A DNA stretch of 58,452 nt from Candidatus Onthovivens sp. (GTDB lineage Bacteria > Bacillota_I > Bacilli_A > RFN20 > CAG-826): contig JAXDXW010000071.1 in NCBI GenBank assembly GCA_034087725.1, positions 1 to 58,452 on the forward strand, written 5' to 3'. The notes beneath the pieces were generated by a model that worked only from the letters and a program-made list of their open reading frames with translations, did no database searches and had not been told where the DNA came from. The position numbers and the translations under genes were made by a program. Numbering within the stretch: the first letter of the stretch is position 1; every line of letters starts with the position of its first letter. Shown here in pieces: positions 19,875 to 28,621 of the stretch.

Positions 19875-21317
19875 TTATTTACGAATAATTTTACTCTTTA
19901 TTTTTAAGCATAAAACTTTGCATTCAGGAAAATACATAAAGATAGTTAATACTGACACTAAACATAAATACACAAAAAATGAAATTAGATTACTTTGAAT
20001 CAAAATCATTAAATAAAAAATTGATAAAACTAGGATGATGTATATCAATCTTCTTATAAATTTTGATTTAAAATGCCTAGATAATATAAAATCATTTAGA
20101 CAATACCAAACAATGATAACAACTACTGAGGCAATCGAAATTGAAATAGGATCTTTGTAAATAAAATATCCGATAGAATTCGCAATAGCAGAAAATACTA
20201 GAATTATCCCGTTAACAATCGAGTAAGTTTTAACCATGTTAAAAGTCTTATAGTAATTAGACATTATCAAAGTAATTGGAGCTTGCAAAACAAGAATTGG
20301 AAATACTACTTGAAAATACTTAAATGAGGCTATGTATTGAGGTAAAATCCACTCAATTAGCCAAAAGAAAATGTAGTATGCGCATAAACAAAACGAAGCT
20401 AAAATCATCATTCCAGCACATAGCTTATCGTAATTTACCTTCGCACTCTCTAATGTCTCTTCTTGTTTCAAAGATGGATAAAGTACTGTCGAAACAGCAC
20501 CTAGTGCGGTGGTAAAAAGATTAATCATTTGGTAAGCAAAAGCATAATCAGCATATATTTCAGTTGCAAATAAATTAGAAACAAACAATCTATCCATTTC
20601 TAAAATATATGTACAAATTAAATTACCTATTAAAAGAGGAAATCCTATTTTAAATAATTCAAAAATTTCTTTTTTGTTTTCTTTAAAACTAAGAGCTTTA
20701 CCAAAAGAAATAGAACGATATGTATAAACATACCAAAAGAAAATAACATATATAATAGCAATTGAAATCAAAACAAATATCACATAATGATTTAACGAAT
20801 CGCCAACATTTCCCCATTTAGCTAAAGCAAATAAAGCAATAATAGGTATTATAGTTAATACTGATCGGACAATTGTTCTACTCGAAATTTCGTTAAAACG
20901 ACCAGTAGCTTGCGAGATGTATTGATAAAAAGTTGTAATATTTGTCCCAAATACTGAAATAGCAACGGCAGCAAAAATAAAGAAATAATCAGTTCCTAAT
21001 CCAATCAAAGACAATAATAGAACAATTAATGTAATTACTATTTCTACAAAACTTATAAATCTAAAATATAACCTAAATCTTTCCTTATCTAAGTCTTCAA
21101 ACCTTTTACCGCCATATTTTAATAGTATTCCATCGATAAATCCAAAATGAAAAAGACCTACAAAACCATAATATAGAGTAAACATTTTGTAGTATCCATA
21201 GTTTCCTTTATCAATAATCATTGGTATTATAAAACCAACAATTATACCTGCTAAAATGCTGCAAATATTACTAAAAGCAACCTTTAAAACATTTAAAAAT
21301 ATAACTTTTGTTTTCAT
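19875..21317 (-). CDS. Oligosaccharide flippase (Wzx/MOP superfamily)
   Basis: About 480 aa with many TM helices and the Wzx-like YGYYKMFTLY..F.GLFHFGFIDGI. ATGA overlap with rfbB. Confidence 0.8.
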   Translation of the reverse strand: MKTKVIFLNVLKVAFSNICSILAGIIVGFIIPMIIDKGNYGYYKMFTLYYGFVGLFHFGFIDGILLKYGGKRFEDLDKERFRLYFRFISFVEIVITLIVLLLSLIGLGTDYFFIFAAVAISVFGTNITTFYQYISQATGRFNEISSRTIVRSVLTIIPIIALFALAKWGNVGDSLNHYVIFVLISIAIIYVIFFWYVYTYRSISFGKALSFKENKKEIFELFKIGFPLLIGNLICTYILEMDRLFVSNLFATEIYADYAFAYQMINLFTTALGAVSTVLYPSLKQEETLESAKVNYDKLCAGMMILASFCLCAYYIFFWLIEWILPQYIASFKYFQVVFPILVLQAPITLIMSNYYKTFNMVKTYSIVNGIILVFSAIANSIGYFIYKDPISISIASVVVIIVWYCLNDFILSRHFKSKFIRRLIYIILVLSIFYLMILIQSNLISFFVYLCLVSVLTIFMYFPECKVLCLKIKSKIIRK

Positions 21318-22339
21318 CAATTATTACTGTAATGTTTTTCTATCCGTTTAAGATACTCTCCGCTTTCAACATGTTCGAGCCATTCTTGATGCTCTAAATT
21401 CCACTTAATTGTCACTTCAATTCCTGTATCAAAATTATGTTTAGGCTTCCAACCAAGTTCTTTTTCAATCTTAGTAGGGTCCATAGCATATCGTAAATCG
21501 TGTCCAGGTCTATCTTTAACATATGTAATTAAAGATTCTGGCTTTCCGAGAGTTTTTAAAATAGTTTTTACTACTTCTAAATTAGTTCTTTCGTTATGAC
21601 CACCAATATTATAAACCTCTCCGTCTCTTCCGTTTCTAACAATTAAATCAATGGCATCACAATGATCTTCAACATATAGCCAATCTCTAACATTTTCTCC
21701 AGTACCATAAACAGGTAAATTTTCATTTCTTAATGCCTTTTGAATCATTAAAGGAATTAATTTTTCAGGAAAATGATATGGCCCATAATTATTTGAACAT
21801 CTTGAAATTGTTACAGGTAAATTAAAAGTTCGATGATAAGACAAAACCAAGAGATCCGCACTAGCTTTTGAAGCACTATAAGGGGATGAAGTATGAATTG
21901 GGGTATCTTCGGTAAAAAATAAGTCTGGTCTATCAAGAGGCAAATCACCATAAACTTCATCTGTACTAACTTGGTGATATCTTTTAATGCCATATTTACG
22001 ACAAGCGTCCATTAAAACTTGTGTTCCTAAAATATTAGTTTGAAGGAATACTTCAGGATTTTCTATACTTCTATCAACGTGACTTTCAGCTGCAAAATTA
22101 ATTACATAATCAAACTTTTCTTTTTCAAATAACTTGAATACAGCCTCTTTGTTACAAATATTTTCATGAACGAAAATAAAATTAGGCTTGTTCATAATTG
22201 GTTCTAGCGTTTCTAAATTGCCAGCATAAGTAAGTGCATCAATACAGACATATTCATCATTTGGATATCTATTAACCATCATTTGTAAAAAATTACCACC
22301 AATAAATCCAGCACCGCCGGTTACTAAAAATTTTGCCAT
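21317..22339 (-). CDS. rfbB: dTDP-glucose 4,6-dehydratase
   Basis: Motifs TGGAGFIG, NFAAESHVDRS, STDEVYG, YSASK, NNYGPYHFPEKLIP and DRPGHDLRY. C-terminal CGG (21344-21346) sits at the usual Trp of EYxKWIExxY. Confidence 0.97.
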   Translation of the reverse strand: MAKFLVTGGAGFIGGNFLQMMVNRYPNDEYVCIDALTYAGNLETLEPIMNKPNFIFVHENICNKEAVFKLFEKEKFDYVINFAAESHVDRSIENPEVFLQTNILGTQVLMDACRKYGIKRYHQVSTDEVYGDLPLDRPDLFFTEDTPIHTSSPYSASKASADLLVLSYHRTFNLPVTISRCSNNYGPYHFPEKLIPLMIQKALRNENLPVYGTGENVRDWLYVEDHCDAIDLIVRNGRDGEVYNIGGHNERTNLEVVKTILKTLGKPESLITYVKDRPGHDLRYAMDPTKIEKELGWKPKHNFDTGIEVTIKWNLEHQEWLEHVESGEYLKRIEKHYSNN

Positions 22340-22499
22340 AAGAACTCCTTAAAATTTCCTAATATTTATAATAACCTAAATTTCTGATGATGTCTAAAAA
22401 TGAATTATGATAAGTTCAATTAATTGAACTTTGAATCTATAAAAAAGGAAATATTCATGTTTTATCCTCTTCTCAATACAAAATAACTCAAAAATTTAC

Positions 22500-22527
22500 T
22501 TGATAATGAAAAAGGCAATGTTATAAT
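22500..22527 (+). promoter_or_regulatory. Sigma-A promoter of tRNA-Arg
   Basis: TTGATA-N16-TATAAT with an extended -10 TG, 10 nt upstream of the tRNA. Confidence 0.7.
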
Positions 22528-22537
22528 TATTTCTACT

Positions 22538-22614
22538 GGCCTTGTAGCTCAGTTGGATAGAGCAACAGCCTTCTAAGCTGTGGGTCAGGCGTTCGAGTCG
22601 CCTCAAGGTCACCA
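22538..22614 (+). tRNA. tRNA-Arg (UCU)
   Basis: Acceptor stem GGCCTTG/CAAGGTC, anticodon arm ACAGC-ctTCTaa-GCTGT, A20 Arg identity element in the D-loop, A73, CCA. Confidence 0.96.
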
Positions 22615-22628
22615 TTTTTAAAGAACAC

Positions 22629-22654
22629 AAGCGATAACATAGATATCGCTTTTT
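22629..22654 (+). terminator. Terminator after tRNA-Arg
   Basis: AAGCGATA...TATCGCTT hairpin plus T-tract. Confidence 0.65.
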
Positions 22655-22707
22655 CTTTTATTCTTTTGAGCTTTTTGAAGCATCGAAATTCATGCTATGA
22701 ATTTATC

Positions 22708-22807
22708 GATTCTCCTTTTTTTCACGGGGTATTTTTCAATTTTCCTAATAAAAAAAGAGGTATTTTTTCAAATACCCCGGAAATACCCCGGAAAGAAACG
22801 GAGAATC
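22708..22807. repeat. 100-bp quasi-palindromic element (copy 1) with ~27-bp imperfect terminal inverted repeats and four AAATACCYC(G) boxes
   Basis: Left end GATTCTCC...CGGGGTATTT is the near reverse complement of right end AAATACCCCG...GGAGAATC. Positions 22718-22807 match 56829-56918 with 2 mismatches. Confidence 0.9.
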
Positions 22808-23035
22808 AAAAATTTTCTTGTTTATTTTGAATAGTTATTGAATCTAAAAATACTTCTTGGCTTGCATCACCTGCTATTGAACCTATAAAATCATATCCAC
22901 CTTGGCCAATTGAATTAGATTGAGCTGCTGATATATTACCATTTTGACAAGCTTCTACAATTAAAACTGTAGTGCAAACAATGTAACCAGCCAAAGATAA
23001 ATAAGAAAAAAATACTTCCAGCGATGCTTTTTCAT
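22806..23035 (-). pseudogene. Truncated, frameshifted N-terminus of a membrane protein (possibly VanZ-like)
   Basis: ATG at 23035 (MKKHRWKYFF). One added T in a T7 run joins it to LAGYIVCTTVLIVEACQNGNISAAQSNSIG. The frame stops at the repeat boundary. The family call is only a resemblance. Confidence 0.35.
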
Positions 23036-23145
23036 TTTAATTATTTTAAATTAAATATAGCAAAAAACCTATTTTTTATAAGTTTTTTATATAAAAGTGT
23101 CAATTTTCTCTTTATTTAAGACAATGAATGTGATAGATTATTACT

Positions 23146-23255
23146 TGCGTAGAAAGATGAGCGCCTGCTTCTCACCAGATTGACATTGTCGATTGGTAAA
23201 TTGCTACAAAATATTATTTGTATTTTTAACGGGCGCATAGTTTCTAACGTCCGTT
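23146..23255 (+). promoter_or_regulatory. L20 ribosomal-protein leader RNA of infC-rpmI-rplT
   Basis: GCGCCTGCTTCTCACC...GATTGAC...ACGGGCGC resembles the Firmicutes L20 leader, in the expected position. Confidence 0.7.
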
Positions 23256-23280
23256 TTATTTTTATTAGCAGGGGGAATCA

Positions 23281-23856
23281 ATTATAGCTAACTATCAGAA
23301 TCCACAAGAGGATAACAGAAATCAAAATCGCAAGTTTGATAAATACAATGGCGATATCGTTAATGAGAAAATTCATTTCAAAGAGGTCTTAGTAATATCT
23401 CCAACCGGGGAATCTCTAGGAAAAATGTCTCGATTCGAAGCTTTTAAAAAAGCCGAAGAATATGAATTAGACTTATTATGTGTAGCTCCAAATGCGAATC
23501 CACCAGTTTGCAAAATCGTGAATTACGGTAAATATCGCTTCGAATCTCAAAAGAAAGCAAAAGAGGCGAAGAAAAACCAAAAAATTATTGAAATTAAAGA
23601 AATTCAACTTACTCCTCAAATTGGAGAACACGATATTCAGACTAAAGTGAAAGCTGCTATTAGATTCTTAAGCGATGGCAATAAAATTAAAGTCGGTGTT
23701 AGATTCAGAGGACGTCAATTATCTCACGTTGAAGTTGGTGAAGATGTTCTTAAAAAATTCATTAGCTATGTAACAGACTATGCTACTGTCGAAAAGGCTC
23801 CAAGCCTCGATGGTAAATGGTTAACTTGTGTACTTGCAAGCAAAACAAAGAAGTAG
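23281..23856 (+). CDS. infC: Translation initiation factor IF-3 (non-AUG start, probably ATT)
   Basis: The frame is open 48 codons upstream of the track ATG, to ATT at 23281 after a GGGGG RBS. The extension encodes VNEKI..EVLVI..GE.LG, followed by [15 protein letters not shown] and RFRGRQ. Confidence 0.93.
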   Translation: MIANYQNPQEDNRNQNRKFDKYNGDIVNEKIHFKEVLVISPTGESLGKMSRFEAFKKAEEYELDLLCVAPNANPPVCKIVNYGKYRFESQKKAKEAKKNQKIIEIKEIQLTPQIGEHDIQTKVKAAIRFLSDGNKIKVGVRFRGRQLSHVEVGEDVLKKFISYVTDYATVEKAPSLDGKWLTCVLASKTKK

Positions 23857-23873
23857 AAAGAGAGGAAAAAAAC

Positions 23874-24068
23874 ATGCCAAAAATGAAAAGTAAAAAGGCT
23901 TTAACAAAAAGAATTAAAGTCACAGGCAGTGGAAAAGTTGTTAGACATCACGCATATGTTTCGCACTTAGCACCACACAAAACAACAAAACAAAAGAGAC
24001 ACTTAAGAAAGGGTACTGATGTTAGTAAATCAGATATGAAGAGAATTAAGTATCTCATTCAAGGCTAG
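23874..24068 (+). CDS. rpmI: 50S ribosomal protein L35
   Basis: [21 protein letters not shown]...KQKRHLRK; AGAGG RBS. Confidence 0.97.
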   Translation: MPKMKSKKALTKRIKVTGSGKVVRHHAYVSHLAPHKTTKQKRHLRKGTDVSKSDMKRIKYLIQG

Positions 24069-24080
24069 GAGGTTCTAAGT

Positions 24081-24431
24081 ATGAGAGTAAAAGGTGGAAC
24101 AGTTACACACGCAAGAAGAAAGAAAATATTAAAACAAGCTAAAGGCTATTTTGGAAGTAAACACTTACTCTTCAAAACTGCTAAAGAGCAAGTAATGCGT
24201 TCACATCAATATGCATATGTCGATCGTAGAAACATTAAAAGAGATTTCAGAAAATTATGGATTAAAAGAATTAATGCCGCTTGCAGAATGAATGATATTT
24301 CTTATTCAAAGTTCATGCACGGATTAAAAGTAAATAAAATTGATCTTAACAGAAAAATGTTAAGTGAAATTGCAATTCATGATGAAGCTGCTTTCAAAGA
24401 ATTAGTTGAAATCGCAAAAAAAGCCGCTTAA
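24081..24431 (+). CDS. rplT: 50S ribosomal protein L20
   Basis: MRVKGG...AKGYFGSK...[11 protein letters not shown]...[10 protein letters not shown]. Confidence 0.98.
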   Translation: MRVKGGTVTHARRKKILKQAKGYFGSKHLLFKTAKEQVMRSHQYAYVDRRNIKRDFRKLWIKRINAACRMNDISYSKFMHGLKVNKIDLNRKMLSEIAIHDEAAFKELVEIAKKAA

Positions 24432-24455
24432 TAAATAGTTATAAAAAAATAATTA

Positions 24456-24478
24456 AAAACCAGCATTGCTGGTTTTTA
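24456..24478. terminator. Bidirectional terminator between rplT and thiI
   Basis: AAAAACCAGCA-t-TGCTGGTTTTT. Confidence 0.8.
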
Positions 24479-24538
24479 TTTTTTTGTTTTTATCAGGTTT
24501 TTGCAGGGTTTTTTAAAATTTTAATGACTTTTTTTGAG

Positions 24539-25699
24539 CTACTCAATAACTTTTAATTCAGTGTTTTGAATAGCTTCTTCTATCAAACTATCAAAATCAA
24601 ATTTAGATTCAATGTATTCACAATCCTTTAACTTTGGCTTAGTTTTTGGTTTTATAACTTCGAAAATTGTACAGCAATCTTCGTAAGGTCTTATAGAAAT
24701 ATCATAACAGTTAATATTTTTAGAAATTTTTATTATGTCAAGCTTATCGTATGTGCAAAGAGGACGAATGACAGGTAAATTAGTGACTTGATTAATTACA
24801 TTCATAGATTCTATTGTTTGACTTGCAACTTGACCAATGCTCTCTCCATTAGCTATTGCAAGTATATGCAACTTTTCAGCAAGCTTAGTTGCTATTCTAT
24901 ACATCATCCTTCGCATGATTGTAATAGGATATCCAGTAGGTGTTATTTCATATATTTTTTCTTGTATTTTAGTAAATGGAACAATATATAGTTTAATCTT
25001 GCTTTGATAAATTGTAAGTTCAGATAGCAAATCTTCCAATTTTAAAATAACGCCACTATTCGTGTAAGGAGGCGCAGCAAAATGAATACAAGTGACCTCT
25101 AAGCCTCTTTTCATCAACAAGTATGTAGCAACTGGAGAATCTATACCTCCACTTAGCATCATTAAACAGCGACCGCTTGACCCAGTAGGTAATCCTCCTT
25201 TACCTTCAATAGTTTTTGTGAAAAAATAAACACCATCATTTCTAATTTCTATAGAAAGTAAAATATCAGGGTTGTGCACATCTACCTTTAAATCTGTATT
25301 TTTTAATACTTTTGTCGCAACGCTACGATTAATTTCGTCACTAATATATGGAAAAGATTTATCAATTCTTCTAGATTTGATTTTAAATGTTTTACCATCT
25401 TCTTGCTTTATAAACTCTAAGGATTTATCAGCTATTTCATCAATATCAAATATATTCTCTTTTTTTGCTAATGAAAAAGAATGCAATCCAGGAATCTCCA
25501 ACAAAGGTTCATAAGAAAAATTGTCAATATCGCTAACATTAATATAAATATGATCGTGTCTAACTGTTAAAGTAAAATTTTCTTCGTATCTTTTTAAAGA
25601 TCTAGTAATTGCTCTTGCAAGCTTATCAATAAAATCTTTTCTATTTTTTCCTTTTGTAGTCAATTCTCCGAAACGGACAATAATTGTATCAAAAATCAT
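24539..25699 (-). CDS. thiI: tRNA 4-thiouridine synthase
   Basis: Motifs RFGELTTKGKNR, THUMP domain, LSGGIDSPVA, GESIGQVASQT and PYEDCC. Confidence 0.96.
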   Translation of the reverse strand: MIFDTIIVRFGELTTKGKNRKDFIDKLARAITRSLKRYEENFTLTVRHDHIYINVSDIDNFSYEPLLEIPGLHSFSLAKKENIFDIDEIADKSLEFIKQEDGKTFKIKSRRIDKSFPYISDEINRSVATKVLKNTDLKVDVHNPDILLSIEIRNDGVYFFTKTIEGKGGLPTGSSGRCLMMLSGGIDSPVATYLLMKRGLEVTCIHFAAPPYTNSGVILKLEDLLSELTIYQSKIKLYIVPFTKIQEKIYEITPTGYPITIMRRMMYRIATKLAEKLHILAIANGESIGQVASQTIESMNVINQVTNLPVIRPLCTYDKLDIIKISKNINCYDISIRPYEDCCTIFEVIKPKTKPKLKDCEYIESKFDFDSLIEEAIQNTELKVIE

Positions 25700-25701
25700 A
25701 A

Positions 25702-26835
25702 CTAACTCCTTACAATTGAAAATATATTTGTTAATTCTCGAGCAAATATTTTTGCTTCATCTAGTGTATTATCATAGCTAAAAGAAATTCTGATAGAATT
25801 GGAAGCTTCTTTTACACTTTTATTTAACGCTAATAAAACATGACTTGGTTTTTCACTTCTTGATGAACAAGCGCTAACACTACTAACATAAATATTCTTA
25901 TTTGATAACGCTTCAACGACCACGCTAGCTTTCTTATTTTTTAATGAAAAATTTAAAATATAAGGGCATTGATTAGGGTATGTATGCATAATAATCTCAT
26001 CATTTTTGCATAGTTCATCATTTAAAAATTTAAAAATTAATTGAACTTTTGCAAGGTTTTTTTCAAAATTAGTGAGATTTTGAGATATTGCTACAGAGAA
26101 AGAATGTATTAATGGATAGTCTTGTGTACCACTTCTAAAACCCTTTTCTTGGCCTCCTCCACAAATTATTTCTTGCAAAGAAATACTTTTCTTTTTAATA
26201 AGACAAGCAATACTTTTTAGTCCGTGGATTTTGTGTGATGATAAAGTAATCATATCTCCTAAATTATAATTAAACTTAATCTTCCCTAAAGTTTGCGCAC
26301 AATCAATATGAAAAACGCACTTTGGATAATTTTTCACAATTCTTTTGCATTCATCTATATTTAAAACTAATCCAACTTCATTGTTTACAGGCATAATAGA
26401 AATTAAAATCGTTTGATCATCAATTAAGTTTTGAAGTTGATTAATGTCGACTTTACCATCAGGCAAAATATTTAAATAATCGACTCTAAAACCATAATTA
26501 TTCTTTAAAAAATTGAAACACTCTAGTACAGAATCGTGTTCAATTTTTGTAGTAATTATGTGTTTGCCTCTACTCATATTTTTTAAGCAATATCCTTTTA
26601 TTGCTAAATTATTACTTTCAGTGGCTGACGATGTAAAAATTATTTCATAATCATTCTTACTTAAATTAAGACTATTTAGTATATTATTTCGCTCTTTATC
26701 TAAAAGATTATTTACTTGCATTCCGAAATGATGAATGGAATTTGGGTTTGCAAAAAAGCATTCAACCGCTTTATTGTATTCGTCCAAAATATGTGAATCT
26801 ACTCTTGTGGTAGACGCGTTGTCGAAATAAATCAT
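25702..26835 (-). CDS. iscS: Cysteine desulfurase (IscS/NifZ type, ThiI partner)
   Basis: Motifs YFDNASTT, TSSATESNN, SSHKIHG, RSGT and SSVSACSS. Confidence 0.92.
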   Translation of the reverse strand: MIYFDNASTTRVDSHILDEYNKAVECFFANPNSIHHFGMQVNNLLDKERNNILNSLNLSKNDYEIIFTSSATESNNLAIKGYCLKNMSRGKHIITTKIEHDSVLECFNFLKNNYGFRVDYLNILPDGKVDINQLQNLIDDQTILISIMPVNNEVGLVLNIDECKRIVKNYPKCVFHIDCAQTLGKIKFNYNLGDMITLSSHKIHGLKSIACLIKKKSISLQEIICGGGQEKGFRSGTQDYPLIHSFSVAISQNLTNFEKNLAKVQLIFKFLNDELCKNDEIIMHTYPNQCPYILNFSLKNKKASVVVEALSNKNIYVSSVSACSSRSEKPSHVLLALNKSVKEASNSIRISFSYDNTLDEAKIFARELTNIFSIVRS

Positions 26836-28562
26836 TAGGCCTTCAAACCTTCTTTGTGATTAATATTATCTAGTGCATTTTTTGCGTAATCATAAGCTTT
26901 TTTAAAATTTCCAGCTTTATAAAAATCTTCAGCTTGATCTAAAATTGCATTTACATCAGCAAACTTATGTCTATCTCTATTGCACACCACAATTAATTCG
27001 CGTGCATTCTTTTCAGTGTAAAATAAATCATCAATATTCTTGTATAATTCATTTGAAAATGTTGTTAAAGATGTTAATTGCTTATTAATTTCGGCAACAT
27101 TAATCGGAACAATCGATAAAAGGCTATTAATTTTATCAATGTTTTCGAATATTTTTTCAAAAGATGGCTCTAATTTTTCAGAAATTTTTTGATCTTGAAA
27201 ATTTCTTATGTTAGCGCGATAATCTTTTGCTTTTATATATTGTTGATAAATAATCTTGTATGCTTGTTCTGAATCATTCTTTAATGACGATAAATACGCT
27301 ACAAAATCATTAATTTTTGCATTTAACTCTTGATTGCCTCTATCAATTTCATCTAGCTTTTCAACCAATTTTTTATAAGGAGTTTTGCCAATCGCTTGTG
27401 TATAGATGCCTAGTTTAGTTTTATCATTTTGAACTTGATTCATTTTGTCGTTTATGTTCTTGTAATCCTCTTCATGGAAGTTATCGATAACATAAACCTT
27501 TTTGTATCTATTAATATTATTAGCTATAGCAATAACCGACCTTTTTAAAGCGGTAAACTGATCAACAACTGCATCATGTCTTTCATCAAAATTCTTTTTC
27601 GACTCCACTTCATTATCAAAGGAAGCGTTTAACTCATCTAAGAGCAAATGATATGACTTAATATCATCACTAATTCCTCCAACTTGAAGATTAAGCATCT
27701 TTCCTTTAGAGAGTTCTATTCTAGTTTTTAAATCTTCTAAGGAATCTTCTATTTTAAAACTTTTGACAGGATATCCTTCTTTAATCATGTCATTATATCT
27801 ACTTTGAATTTTATCAATTCGATTAGGAATAACTTCGTTAATTTCATGCAAATATTCTGGCAAAAGATTAATTACATTATTTAAAGTATTAAGAACCTTA
27901 TCTAAAGGAGGAATAATAGAGTCGGCTTCATCGTATTTAGCGTTTTCTACAGCCTCATCATAGTCATTGAATTTATTATCAATTTTGTCAAATATTTTTT
28001 GAAATGAATCATAAACAAAGCTGAGTTCATTTTCTTTTAGATTAAAGTTAGATTTAACTAATCTAAATTTTTCTTTCAAAGAAACAATTTTTTGTCTTGC
28101 ATCTTCCTCAGGCTGAATTAAATTAGTCAAATCATTATTTAAACTGTCTACACTTTTTTGAAAATACAAGATAATATGGTCATTATTACGATAATATTCT
28201 TTAAATTCCGCATATTTTTTTTCAAAAAATAAATCCTTTAATTCGTTTAAAATTTCAACCATTAAATTATCTTGAGTGTCTCTAATTTCTTTAAATCTTC
28301 TAAAATATGTTGCATGGATGTCTCCATATAAAAGATTTGTTCTAGAAATTATTTCAAGTCTTTGAATATATTGAGCATCTTGGCCAATTAATAAAGAGTG
28401 CAAATATTCATAATCTTTTTCTAGCTGTTCATACATTTTTTTGCATCTATATTTATTTAACATAAATTTATCAAATAAAATCCGTAAACCAAAAAGTGCA
28501 GCAATACCAAGGATAGTGCCAATAATTATAAATGTAATTTCAATTGAATCTAATAAAATCAT
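26835..28562 (-). CDS. ezrA: Septation ring formation regulator EzrA
   Basis: N-terminal TM helix, long coiled coil, C-terminal NRDR patch and the ezrA-iscS-thiI synteny. CGG at 28482-28484 lies inside the TM helix. Confidence 0.85.
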   Translation of the reverse strand: MILLDSIEITFIIIGTILGIAALFGLRILFDKFMLNKYRCKKMYEQLEKDYEYLHSLLIGQDAQYIQRLEIISRTNLLYGDIHATYFRRFKEIRDTQDNLMVEILNELKDLFFEKKYAEFKEYYRNNDHIILYFQKSVDSLNNDLTNLIQPEEDARQKIVSLKEKFRLVKSNFNLKENELSFVYDSFQKIFDKIDNKFNDYDEAVENAKYDEADSIIPPLDKVLNTLNNVINLLPEYLHEINEVIPNRIDKIQSRYNDMIKEGYPVKSFKIEDSLEDLKTRIELSKGKMLNLQVGGISDDIKSYHLLLDELNASFDNEVESKKNFDERHDAVVDQFTALKRSVIAIANNINRYKKVYVIDNFHEEDYKNINDKMNQVQNDKTKLGIYTQAIGKTPYKKLVEKLDEIDRGNQELNAKINDFVAYLSSLKNDSEQAYKIIYQQYIKAKDYRANIRNFQDQKISEKLEPSFEKIFENIDKINSLLSIVPINVAEINKQLTSLTTFSNELYKNIDDLFYTEKNARELIVVCNRDRHKFADVNAILDQAEDFYKAGNFKKAYDYAKNALDNINHKEGLKA

Positions 28563-28621
28563 ATTTTTATTTTATAACATGAAAGTTATGTTTTCTATAT
28601 TTCGCACAAAGAACATCCTAA

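Noticed and set aside
22708-22807. CRISPR array or parS/dif site
   Set aside because: There is no repeat-spacer periodicity and no cas gene, and the sequence does not match parS (TGTTNCACGTGAAACA) or dif consensus.
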